Source of the DNA: Octopus sinensis
Taxonomy: Eukaryota
NCBI RefSeq assembly: GCF_006345805.1
Contig: NC_043015.1
Coordinates: 11,098,001 to 11,162,000 of the forward strand
Direction: 5' to 3'
DNA length: 64,000 nt
This document shows positions 15,041-27,011 of this stretch, piece by piece. Positions within the stretch are counted from its first letter, which is position 1. Every line of letters begins with the position of its first letter. The notes below the pieces were generated by a model that made no database searches, was not told the DNA's origin, and saw only the letters and a list, made by a program, of their open reading frames with translations. A program made the translations under genes and the position numbers.

Positions 15041-15329
15041 GTTAATAATATTTCTTTGGTTTCGAAACCCAAAAATGTATAAGTCCGACGCAAACTTCGA
15101 ATAACTTCTATATACTTCTATATCCTTGACACATGTAGGATATATAAATTATGCAGCAGAGGTTTAATTAATGTGTTCACGCGACGTACTTCGTGAGACT
15201 ACGAAAACACTCTATCCCGATTACTGCCGATCTCATAAGAGTTCGGCTAGTCCATTCTTCCAAGCCCCCAGGGATGTCAATGACTCTTTCCACAACAATA
15301 TATATATGATATATATATATATATAGCTG

Positions 15330-15530
15330 ATTCAAACAGGAAAACACAAGAAAAACACAACAACGCGAGGACGTGGAACAAATATGGTATTATTGGACGC
15401 TCAGGAAAGAAGAAAAGAAGGACGGTTTAACGTTTCGAGCGGAGCTCTTCGTCGGAAACATAGGAGAAGGAAAGATCCCGACAAGGGAAGACAGAGGAAA
15501 AATATCGCCAACGGTACACACGAGGTCACA
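15330..15530 (-). mobile_element. Penelope-like pLTR remnant between (TA)n tracts
   Basis: Contains a minimal HHR-like motif at 15425-15459 and is flanked by (TA)n on both sides. Confidence 0.55.
15425..15459 (-). ncRNA. Minimal type I hammerhead ribozyme motif (U4C variant)
   Basis: Reads GTTT-CCGACGA-A-GAGC tcc GCTC-GAAA-CGT-T-AAAC: helix I 4 bp, helix II 4 bp, palindromic AACGTT helix III. Confidence 0.6.
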
Positions 15531-15802
15531 TATATATGTATATCTATATATATATATATATATAAACACATATGTATGTAATATGTATGTATGTATTGAT
15601 GTAAGTATGCATATACGCTGAAGTCTTCATATACGGCAAAGGCGACGTATGAGCGTTCAACTATAGCTGCACGACCTGCACAAAAGTTGTGTATATAGTA
15701 ATCAAATGTTCTTGCCGCTCATTATCTCAAACGCCACATCAAATCGACGTTATCTGAAGGGGTGCACATACATATAAGTACTTTTGTATATATATATATA
15801 AG

Positions 15803-15834
<32 letters not shown>

Positions 15835-15865
15835 ATAATATATATATATATATATTTATATATAC

Positions 15866-15897
<32 letters not shown>

Positions 15898-16030
15898 CTA
15901 TATATATATATATGTGTGTGTGTGCGTGTGTGTGTGTATACATGTATATATCTATATGCATAAAAAATATATGTATATATATATTTATATATTTATATAT
16001 ATATATATTTACATACATATATATATATTT

Positions 16031-16066
<36 letters not shown>

Positions 16067-16477
16067 GCAACCATATTACTGTGTCTGCGTGTTTGTCCTG
16101 CGTGTATTTGTCTACAGAAGTATAAGGAAGCAAGAGACAAGAGAGAAATAGCATCTACATAACATATCACATATCGATGTATTTCCTTCAATACGTCTGT
16201 TTATCACAAAATACAATACAATGTTATAAAAATGAATCAAGAAATACGCATATGTATACTTAAAATAACATTTTACTTTTTTCCTTTCTATATTTTTGTG
16301 ATGTAAAAAGTATCACCATCGAAGTTTTCACTTTGGAAATCAGTATATTGGTACTGAATACAACAACATATTTTTACAATGTCTAGAATACAAATAAAGG
16401 CGTGATTATATATGTTCTTGACGTCTATTTCTTTGTGTACCTATACATCTATCTATCTATCTATCTATATATATATA

Positions 16478-16542
<65 letters not shown>

Positions 16543-16698
16543 CATACAAATATGCGTATATGCATATATTTATTTGTATGTGAGTGTGTATACATGTACA
16601 CATATATTACATCTGCATAAGTATATACATGTATATGCATATATATTTTTATATATCTATATATATCTATATATATATGTATATGTATGTATATACAT

Positions 16699-16743
<45 letters not shown>

Positions 16744-18137
16744 CATATATATTGGGACATAAGCTTATATCCATACACACACACACATATATATATAGGT
16801 ATACATATATACAAGTGTGTGTGTGCGTATAGATATATGCACATGTTCGTACGTAGGTATGTATATGTATGGAACTGTCATAGTTGTCTATTCGTATATA
16901 TGAATACAAACATACACACCCATGTGTATATAAATTCGTTAGAGGGGTTTTGTGTTTACTTATTCTTTAGAATTTCTTTTTCTGTTTTTCGTTATTCAGA
17001 AACATGAACTACCTACTTATTTTCGCAATAAAAAATCTATTTACGACAGACAGACAGAGTTCCGACTACTATTAAACAGGAGATATTTTAATAAGAAATG
17101 TGAAGTAATGGTTCGTTTTGCTACAAGTTTTCAATATTTGCTGGGTTTCTTCTTTTATATTTCCATGCAATTATGTTTCTTTTTCATATGATCGTTTCTT
17201 GTTTTGGGTCTATTCTTTGAATATAAAATATATAAATGTAATTAGAAAAATAGCATTAAATAAGTTAGTACTTTAGGAGTTCGCTTTTTGCTGAAAATTC
17301 TTCCTTCAATTGTGTTTGACTATTTTTGTATATAACCTTGATATATACAGCAATAACAGTCATAAAGAAAGCCATATCACAGCTTATCCAACAAACTTTT
17401 AAGGGAAAGTGTTCCAGAAATGATGACCTATTTTTCGATATTAGAAATCTTTGTAAATGTTGTACCATATTATTCATTGTCACCCTGCGTTAGTATAGTA
17501 TCTGTGCATTTTGAATACTAGATTGCTATAATTTCTAGGCGGTGAAGTCATTGACACACATCTATTCGTCAATAAGTTTCGGTTTACCAGTGCAAGATAC
17601 TTCAATCTGTGAAATGGAGAAAGTTTTAGTATCTGAAATTCAAACTGTAATTTCATTCCATCTTATTTATTCTTTCCCTGGGGGATATGAAATGTTGTGA
17701 ACCATGTCTTCTTCTCCTTTTATCGAACATCTCTAGAAAAATGAGTAACTTATTTTCAGATTTTCCCTGAAAGTCAACAAGAGGTTAATGTATTGCAGAA
17801 TGGTAGACTAAATGAATTGCATTAAATATGTAGCCAGCCCCGCTTCACCTACTTTCTATATCAGAATTCGAATCTTGACCCTAATATCCGTACATTTTCT
17901 GTCCACTTGAAACAATCGTACTCACACACATTTTCACATAAACGATAATTGTATTATGGAGTAAGTCTATTATTTAGAGTAGCATACGTTTCAGCTAGAC
18001 CGCTATGTTCTAGAAATAGAATACAGTGAACAGAAAAATCAAATACAAATATGATGCCCATACATATGTACAGTTCAACTGCTTGACCCTTGACCTGAGT
18101 GTGTCACGTGGCACTATGCTGTTTGCGTATATATATG

Positions 18138-18176
<39 letters not shown>

Positions 18177-18177
18177 A

Positions 18178-18209
<32 letters not shown>

Positions 18210-18401
18210 ATGTATGTATATACCCGCACACATATATGTATATATATATATCAAGAGTAATCAACCGAAATTGCGAGGATGATCCGGTTCTTGACTGAAG
18301 ATTAGAGACTTCGAATGACCCGTCCGTTATTTGTGTCGTCTCTTTGAGTGTTTTGCATTCTTGTCCCATTTTGTATTTTTATATATATTTTTTATACATT
18401 C

Positions 18402-18457
<56 letters not shown>

Positions 18458-18729
18458 ATGTGTGTGTGCGCGTGTATGTATGTATGAATGTATGTATGTA
18501 TGTGTAAAAAGGGCCTCTCGGAAAGGAACAATTGGAACTGAAATCAACAGTGAATGTATTTTGTTCGATCGTTTTCTGTTATCAAAAGCAGGATACGCAA
18601 ATCATATGAAGTCACATGAACATCGAAATGCTCAGGCAGGTAAAAATCTTGAACCCCAACCATCCCTTACAAATTGTGTCATATGTCACTAAATGTGTAT
18701 GACAATATCGGGTTTTAAAGTCATGTGCT

Positions 18730-19965
18730 AGACTACAAAAACATCCTAGTCAAAGTGCCATCATGGAAAGCAACCATTTGCGGTTTATTATTAAACATAG
18801 ACCTCCTTGCAGTCCACACATTTCTATCGATGTTGCAGTGCTTGGCTCTCATTGATGAAGAAGGTCTCATCCTGTTGCTCACAAATTCACCAACAGCAAA
18901 TAGAATGTCAGCAGTGTTTTGTTTTTTTTTTCATGTTGAAGAATAGATGATAGATAGATGAGGCCAAATCAGGAGAATATGCGTGATGATCTGGCAGTTC
19001 AAAGTCACTGCCAAGTACATCAGACATTGTAACTAAGGACTTGTTTGCTGGAGTATTATCCTTATTAAAAGAAAGCACGTTTCGTCAGTTTTTCCGCGCG
19101 TTTGATTTCGATCGTCATCCGTGACTGTTTCAACAAGTTGTTATATTACACTCCAGTGATAGGGTCGCCTTTTGAAGTCAATAAACATAAGACTTTTTGC
19201 ATCACAAAAGACTGAGGCCACCGACTTCCCTGGAGATGAAACGACTTGGCGTTATTTGGAACAGCTGAGGAGATGTACTACCGATGCATTGATTGTCTCT
19301 TTGTCGCCGGCTTGAAGTACCGAACCAACATTCAGCTTGGCTTAGGAAATGGTCAAGGGAAACAGTAGGACCTGCCTCAAACAATATCAGATTTTGGCTT
19401 GCTGTGATCAGCCAGGCGCACTTTCGATTAGTTGTCACAAAACGTGCACCCACCGAGAAGAAACCTTTTCCGCTATATAAAAGTTTACCTCTCTTATGTG
19501 ATGAGCCAATAGTATTATCTACTTGTTTCGTTTTCAGTCGCGTATCATCCATCACCATGCGGTGTATACAATCAATGATTCCCTCGCTGCTAGCATTTGC
19601 AGGACATCTAGACGCGGTCATCTAAAACATTCTACATTCTCCTCCCAAATTCGGCAGCCCACTTTTGCATTGTGGGTGCAGCTGGAGCATCATCCCTTAA
19701 TGTAGCAACTATGTCAGCATTCATATCCTTGAGGACTAAACCGTTCTTTTTTTTTGGTGAGGGGGGGGGCAGGTACTTGATAGAATTTTCTCCGTTTTCA
19801 AAAGAAGTCGCTACATTTGAAGTTTTTGGGAGGGGTTACATGCCAGCTTACCTGGACATAAACAATTCAGTGGGTAATAAAGATGGCTGGCACTGATGCA
19901 CACCTTATTTCACAGCCCTAGCATCAGTCCTTCACAGACAGCCTATGAACTTTTCAGCCTATTTT
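18730..19965 (-). mobile_element. Decayed near-full-length mariner transposon
   Basis: YSPDLA is encoded at 18961-18979 (minus). The N-terminal half resembles mariner HTH, WVPR and TQDECW segments. A TIR-like GGCTGAAAAGTTCATAGGCTG lies near 19940-19960. Confidence 0.85.
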
Positions 19966-20008
19966 CGTGCGTATTTCGATATACATACATACTTACACAC
20001 ACACACAC

Positions 20009-20044
<36 letters not shown>

Positions 20045-20078
20045 ACACACACACACATATATATATATATATAATATA

Positions 20079-20122
<44 letters not shown>

Positions 20123-20366
20123 TATATATATAATATATATATATATATATAATAATATTGGTGAATGAAGAAATGGAGTTGAACTCCATTTCTTCAATTC
20201 ACCAATATTATTAAAATTCAATTATCGGCACCAACGCACGGTCGCAACACCATATGGTTGTACCTCCAACCGTGCTGTCTTCTGCTGTGATTTTTGCTAC
20301 CAAGGTATCGGTTAAACTTTTGATTAATCTGCAATGAGATTATTCATCTTTCTATTTCACATAATA

Positions 20367-20418
<52 letters not shown>

Positions 20419-23161
20419 TATATGTATACGTATCTATATTTGTTGGAAAGTAGCCCATGTATTTGTATTTATTCGTTTATATTTTTCGGTGTGTATGAAT
20501 TTAAGTGTATTCATGAGGCGCATATGTGTATGTATGCGTGTATGTGTCTGTATGTAATGATTAAATTTTTGAGAGAAATGTCTGTAATGTCGTAGATATT
20601 CCCACAGCAACTTTGATCATAAGTAACCATTTCCTCTTGGTTTCTTATTTTTTCGAGCATCTTAGTTTTTCATTTAGATGCAGATAAATTTTAAGAAAGA
20701 TAAAAGCTCATCTGAGACAAAAAAAATATACATTCAGAAAATTTACTGTTTCTTTATTGTGTCTATATTTGTTAAACTTAGCTGTATTATTCCTTCCAAT
20801 TGTCTCACCTTGATGTGTAGTCACCTTTGAATATATAAATTTATGCTCCATATTTTTATTTGTCTCGAGCAGACATAAACTTAACCTGTCAATATATAGT
20901 AACTCAGAAAAGGAAACACTATATTTCATCAATATGGAAGTTAAACACAAAAATATTTCATTCTGTTATTAAGTCTGATATATTTCTTATTTGTCTATTG
21001 CATAGTAGTTGTTAGACACTACACATTCTCACACTCTAGTTTGCATTTAAGAAGCAAAAAGGCAAACAGTAGTAACAGTACCCATTGAAATTCCATCGTT
21101 ACTTTGGAAACAGTAAATATTATGCAACTTATATAGAAACATCAAGTAAATATTTGTCAAAAACAGTATTTTGTCTGAAGCTTTTGACTCTTGAGATTCT
21201 ATAAAATCTATATAGAGAATAGTGGAAATACAGCCTTAAGAGAGAACAACTTTGAAAGCTATATATTTTTCTATACAATCTTCAACACCTGCACCTTGAA
21301 CGTTGTTATACAACATTATCATCTTCACGTCCAGAAATAGTAGTTAAGATATTAAAAGGATTACATAGGTTAGTATATACGTACTAAGCAGTATGATTTA
21401 ATGCTAAGGAAAGAAACCCTACAAACGTTTCATTTTCAAGACAGTAGAAAGAAAAGCCTGCAGTTTAATAGAATAGAAACAGAAAATATTAAATAGGTTT
21501 ATAGTACGGTTAGAAACAACGCATTCAAAGACACAGAGATATTAAAGGTTTAGTAATATACCCAGTAATCAAAAGTTGAAGAAAAGCACGTTCTGGTAAA
21601 TGAACTGTAAAATATATCGCATGGAGCGAGCGAGAGAAAGAATGTAATAATAATGTTAATTCTTTCTAACAGACTGAGTGTCAGAAAGTATGTAGAGAGG
21701 TGGGGAAAATATCGATTATTTTGACCTAGTTACTTGGTGGCATTATAAGTTGTCCACCCTGAAAGTTAAAAAAAACGACAATATTGTATTCTAAGCGGAT
21801 TTCAATATAAAGAGCTAGAATTCATTTTTCTGCTACGCGCTTCTACCAAAACTCCATGTCAAACTTTTTATTTTTTTGTTATGGCATAAGGGCAAACATT
21901 TTTGAAAGAAGGTTTACTCGATTTCATCGACCTCCAAAAGGGCTTTGTAAATCATTTTATCGACACCGGACAGTTGCAAGCAAATTTGATCTCGCCGTGA
22001 ACGTAAAGAGTCTGAGCAAATAACCCAAAATATATCGGTAAATATTCTAAAGTTTCTGCTAATCCAACGCTAATCAGCTAATCCACTAATAGTAGTAATA
22101 ACAACCTAACATTAATACATTGTATATAACTCTTCCGTTTCTCCCGCAGAAAAATTGATTTTATTTTTGTACTATCTTCACTATGTTCCATTTCCTTTTG
22201 CAAGTCCAGGGTCGGCGAACAGGGGTAAATTACAAGTGGGGTAAAAATGAAATTCTCGAGGGTAATGAGGATTCATTTAACATAAATAAAATTATATAAA
22301 AAACGTGTTCCTTGTTACAACAGAATTTTGTCTTTCGGCATGAGGTGGAAGTCAAAAGTTTGCTCCCTTTTGCAGCAACACACCTTTGAAAAAAAAGATT
22401 AGATTTCCACTCTAATGAACATAAAATCAAAGCAGATTAATTGTTTGGACCTTGAAGACTGTATCCAAATATTTCTGGCTTCAAAATACCCAACTTTTGA
22501 CATAATCGTTTCAAAAATAAATCATCATTTCTCCAAAAATGAAGTGAAAAAGTTTGTAGAAAAATCTTTTTCTTTCATCATGAGGATATTAACTTAATTT
22601 ATCGCATTTGTTTTATATATATAGTTTTTTTATATTTATATTCTCCATACAACAATGTATAATAAACCTTTTGAATTCAAAGAATCTATGATTTTCTTCC
22701 TTTAAAATTATGAGGATAACATCAGCATAAATAAATATATTTGGGGGTAATTTATAAAAACAGTTCCCCGTTCCCTGCTATAAATAATTCCTACAGCTAT
22801 GCAACGATATACGAAAAGCATCATCAAATTGCCTAGAAATTGTAGTCGACGGAAAACCAACTGTAATATTTTGAATATTTATTTACCATAACAAGTAATA
22901 TACTCCTGGACGATATACAGATGTATAGCTGTACTATTATGCATGCGAAATGTGTGTGAGCGTCTGTGTTTCTGACTTATCAACAATTAACAGATATTAT
23001 TAACATACGCACAAACATATATATTATTAGACTACAAGAAGACTATTGACAGTGACTTCGAAAATCCGTCCTAATTAGTCTCCTGTTAAAACTATCATGC
23101 AAAAGAAAAGAATACTGCATGCGCACATATCGATATATATATATGTATGTATATGTATCTA

Positions 23162-23198
<37 letters not shown>

Positions 23199-23296
23199 AT
23201 ATTTATGAATACATGCGAGTATTATGTATATACGTCTACAAGATACACAAGTAGCCGCAACCGCACACGCGCACACACACATGCACTCAGTTGCAC

Positions 23297-23335
<39 letters not shown>

Positions 23336-23936
23336 CAACTAATGTGTTCATTGAATCTTCATTAGATTTATGCCTTATCACCCGGTATTTATAGACAATA
23401 AATCAACAAAGTACTTTATAAATTACCGTTGTCGAACGCAATGAATCTCGGGATAGTATCGAAGGTTTATATATAGAGCGTATATGAGATATCTTTGCAA
23501 TAATAGTTGAAGTGTTTTTATATGAGCTTGCAATTCAATGAGAGAAATAGCGATTCACAATAGCTTGGCACATCTCCAAAGTATTGTAAATACAACTCTA
23601 ACGTATCACTAGCTTTTCGGTATTTTGCTGTACTAAACAAAATTTTAGCTGGACGAAAAACATCATTTTTTGAAAAACCTTCAAAATATATAGTACTATA
23701 TAGTGTAAGGAATGGTTGAATTTTGCTTTGAATAACAAAACTATGGGTTTAGCGTAACTTACTGCGTTGCTTTACAAAAGGGGAGGATATAGCTATAGAT
23801 AATATACAATGAAAGTACACTGTAACTTTTGCGCAAAGTAATAACCCTAGGTGGAATCTGAAGAAAGAAATGACATGAAAATTGAATAAAACAAATTTCG
23901 AAATTGTATAGCATACCTCCTCCAATAATTGAATTA

Positions 23937-24806
23937 TACGTGGTCTGATGAATAAGTATGCGGACTCTTGCTATAGCACAGAAGTCAAAGCACGCACAAT
24001 AAAGCCACTTAGCACGTATTGATCTTGAACCCTGCTGTGCATGCACAGTAGGCTTTAACTTTCTACCTCACCTCCGACGTTTACAGCAGTGCTTGGAAGG
24101 AAGGTGTGCAGAGTTTTGTCGTAGCTTTGACCATGACAGTGAAAGTGGAGCAGAGATTCTGCATCAACATTTGATAAAAAGATCGGCGATACTTGCTTAG
24201 AATCCTACGCAAAGTTCTCAAAAAGATTTGATCGTTCCAAACAAAATCAAGGAGATGTTGTGCAAGTGCGTCCCTTTGGTCAGCTGAAAGCAATTTTCGC
24301 ACAAACTTGGCAGACACGCGTCTCATACACAATTCTTCAGTGATAATGGACTGAACTGAACCGTAACTAATCTGCATATCCTCTGATAAATCAGGGATGG
24401 TGATTCGACGATTTCCCCTCACAGCTGCACGCACATCTGGGTGGTGTTTTTCTCAGTTTTGCTGGTTGCAGGTCTCCATGAACGTTCCTTAGCATCGACC
24501 TATTTTCAGGAATCTTGGAGACGGTTGAACCACTCGTACACTTGCGCATGGCACATATATTCTTCTCCGTGCACTTTCTGCAATTTTGCGTAGGCCTCTA
24601 AGCTGGTATCGCCATCACATCTTTCTTTGTTATTGTCAATGAGACGATCACACTCTACACACGTTGCTTCCGAGCACGGATGTAAACAGCGGAAGTGGAC
24701 TGAAACGTTCAAACTTCGTGCGCATGCACAGTACTGATCAATGTCAATCTGTGCCAAGTGTCCTTACTATGGCAACAGTCCGGATAGTTATTGATCAGAC
24801 CTCGTA
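23937..24806 (-). mobile_element. Internally deleted mariner element with both TIRs and TA target duplication
   Basis: Left end TACGTGGTCTGATGAATAAGTATGCGGACTCTTGCTATAG matches the reverse complement of the right end, TACGAGGTCTGATCAATAACTATCCGGACTGTTGCCATAG. Internal translation gives AQVYEWF...RRITI...MRRVSAKFVRKLLS; the catalytic domain is missing. Confidence 0.88.
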
Positions 24807-24884
24807 TGTGTATTCATACCGCCTTCATACTTACATACATATACATATATATATATATATGTATATAATATATATATATATATA

Positions 24885-24915
<31 letters not shown>

Positions 24916-24994
24916 GATATATATATATATACATATAGAATAGATAGATAGATAGTTAGATATTAATATATATATATATATACATGCATATATA

Positions 24995-25032
<38 letters not shown>

Positions 25033-25165
25033 TATATATATTGTATAGAGGGCATTATTACACATAAATGCCTCACACTAAGAGGGACAAAGTCATTACT
25101 ACCAAAATTATACTAATCATACCCAAATGCAGTTTTTCAAAGCAAGACATTTAAAAAATGAATTT

Positions 25166-25223
25166 AGTTCTGTATCACCGTGATTTCACATTCAACTTAC
25201 GTCTTATGATCATCAGCAGAACT
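25166..25223 (-). ncRNA. Type I hammerhead ribozyme, copy 1
   Basis: Reverse complement of the 25846-25903 motif. Confidence 0.75.
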
Positions 25224-25643
25224 GATCTGAACACATCATAAATAAACTACCAACCTTACGTAGCGAAGACGAACAGACAACTGCTCACTCCGGCCAAGCA
25301 CATGGAATGTTTATAAATCATATATCGGTAAATGGGGGCTTTTTTACGAACTGCATGTCGGGTAATGAAAAGTATTTCGGAATAAGTTTAACAATTAAGG
25401 ATAATCTCTTAATAAGGGATCTTAACAAGAAATTATCAGGCAGCTAGCGTGAAAACCTCATAAAAGAAAAGAATTCAAAAATAAATTTTTTCTTTTGAAC
25501 AAATTAATTATATCTATATTGTATAGAGGGCATTATTACACATAAATGCCTCACACTAAGAGGGACAAAGTCATTACTACCAAAATTATACTAATCATAC
25601 CCAAATGCAGTTTTTCAAAGCAAGACATTTAAAAAATGAATTT

Positions 25644-25701
25644 AGTTCTGTATCACCGTGATTTCACATTCAACTTACGTCTTATGATCATCAGCAGAAC
25701 T
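25644..25701 (-). ncRNA. Type I hammerhead ribozyme, copy 2
   Basis: Reverse complement of the 25846-25903 motif. Confidence 0.75.
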
Positions 25702-25845
25702 GATTCTGAACACAGTTCGTAAAAAAGCCCGCCATTTACCGGATATATGATTTATAAACATTCCATGTGCTTGGCCGGAGTGAGCAGTTGTCTGTTCGTC
25801 TTCGCTACGTAAGGTTGGTAGTTTATTTATGATGTGTTCAGAATC

Positions 25846-25903
25846 AGTTCTGCTGATGATCATAAGACGTAAGTTGAATGTGAAATCACGGTGATACAGA
25901 ACT
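25846..25903 (+). ncRNA. Type I hammerhead ribozyme, copy 3
   Basis: Reads AGTTCTG-CTGATGA-TCATAAGACGTAAGTTGAATGT-GAA-ATCAC g GTGAT-A-CAGAACT. Helix I is a perfect 7 bp, the CUGAUGA/GAAA core is intact, helix III is 5 bp with a 1-nt loop, and the cleavage triplet is AUA. Helix II is weak (U-U then CAU/AUG). Confidence 0.78.
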
Positions 25904-26325
25904 AAATTCATTTTTTAAATGTCTTGCTTTGAAAAACTGCATTTGGGTATGATTAGTATAATTTTGGTAGTAATGACTTTGTCCCTCTTAGTGTGAGGCA
26001 TTTATGTGTAATAATGCCCTCTATACAATATAGATATAATTAATTTGTTCAAAAGAAAAAAATTATTTTTGAATTCTTTTCTTTTATGAGGTTTTCACGC
26101 TAGCTGCCTGATAATTTCTTGTTAAGATCCCTTATTAAGAGATTATCCTTAATTGTTAAACTTATTCCGAAATACTTTTCATTACCCGACATGCAGTTCG
26201 TAAAAAAGCCCGCCATTTACCGGATATATGATTTATAAACATTCCATGTGCTTGGCCGGAGTGAGCAGTTGTCTGTTCGTCTTCGCTACGTAAGGTTGGT
26301 AGTTTATTTATGATGTGTCAGAATC

Positions 26326-26383
26326 AGTTCTGCTGATGATCATAAGACGTAAGTTGAATGTGAAATCACGGTGATACAGAACT
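26326..26383 (+). ncRNA. Type I hammerhead ribozyme, copy 4
   Basis: Identical to 25846-25903. Confidence 0.75.
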
Positions 26384-27011
26384 AAATTCATTTTTTAAAT
26401 GTCTTGCTTTGAAAAACTGCATTGGGTATGATTAGTATATAATTTTGGTAGTAATGACTTTGTCCCTCTTAGTGTGAGGCATTTATGTGTAATAATGCCT
26501 CTATACAATATAGATATAATTAATTTGTTCAAAAGAAAAAAATTATTTTCGAATTCTTTTCTTTTTGAGGTTTTCACGCTAGCTGCCTGATAATTTCTTG
26601 TAAGATCCCTTATAAGAGATTATCCTTAATTGTTAAACTTATAATTATATATATATATATTCATACATGTACAAACACACCGCACAGACCTATATATATA
26701 TATATATGTAATGTGTGTATTTATGCCTCTGGGTGCTTGTTGATGACTCCTTGAACTCATTTATATCTAGCTATTTCGTTATCAGCCACATCAATCACAT
26801 GGTGACTTCCATTTGTGTATATTTATATTGATTTTGTTGTTTTGTTTTTGTTTACGCTGTTTTTCCCTTTGTTGTGTGATATATGATGTCGACCATTCCT
26901 AAGGTAAGTGGATAGTGAGTAGGCGCCAAGCAATTCTAAGTTCATAGCCATTAGCCCGTAAAAGTACTTAGTTTTTTTGAAACTGTTTTTATTATTTAAT
27001 TACACGTAATA

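Larger units (their letters stand above)
25040..26640. mobile_element. ~480-bp hammerhead-bearing tandem unit in two divergent arms (retrozyme-like or Penelope pLTR concatemer)
   Basis: Left arm is 25040-25713 (~1.4 units, period 478). Right arm is 25714-26640 (~1.9 units, period 480) and is the reverse complement of the same unit. The array is flanked by (TA)n and contains four HHR copies. Confidence 0.85.

Noticed and set aside
14890-15093. Thr-rich mucin-like ORF with apparent splice sites
   Set aside because: Another frame is Gln-rich and runs directly into Gypsy gag motifs, so it is the retrotransposon N-terminus.
15722-16909. Many overlapping YIYI/CVCV ORFs (also 33199-34122 and 48697-49122)
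   Set aside because: They are (TA)n/(TG)n artefacts.
17265-17483. ORF with a hydrophobic, GPCR-like stretch
   Set aside because: Short, with no conserved motifs or neighbouring exons.
18290-18330. CTGAAGA...CTTCGAAT motif in a TA-adjacent repeat
   Set aside because: The core GAAA and the cleavage-site geometry do not fit.
25040-26640. CRISPR-like or coding interpretation of the repeat
   Set aside because: No repeat-spacer pattern and no meaningful ORF; the units are near-identical across their full length.
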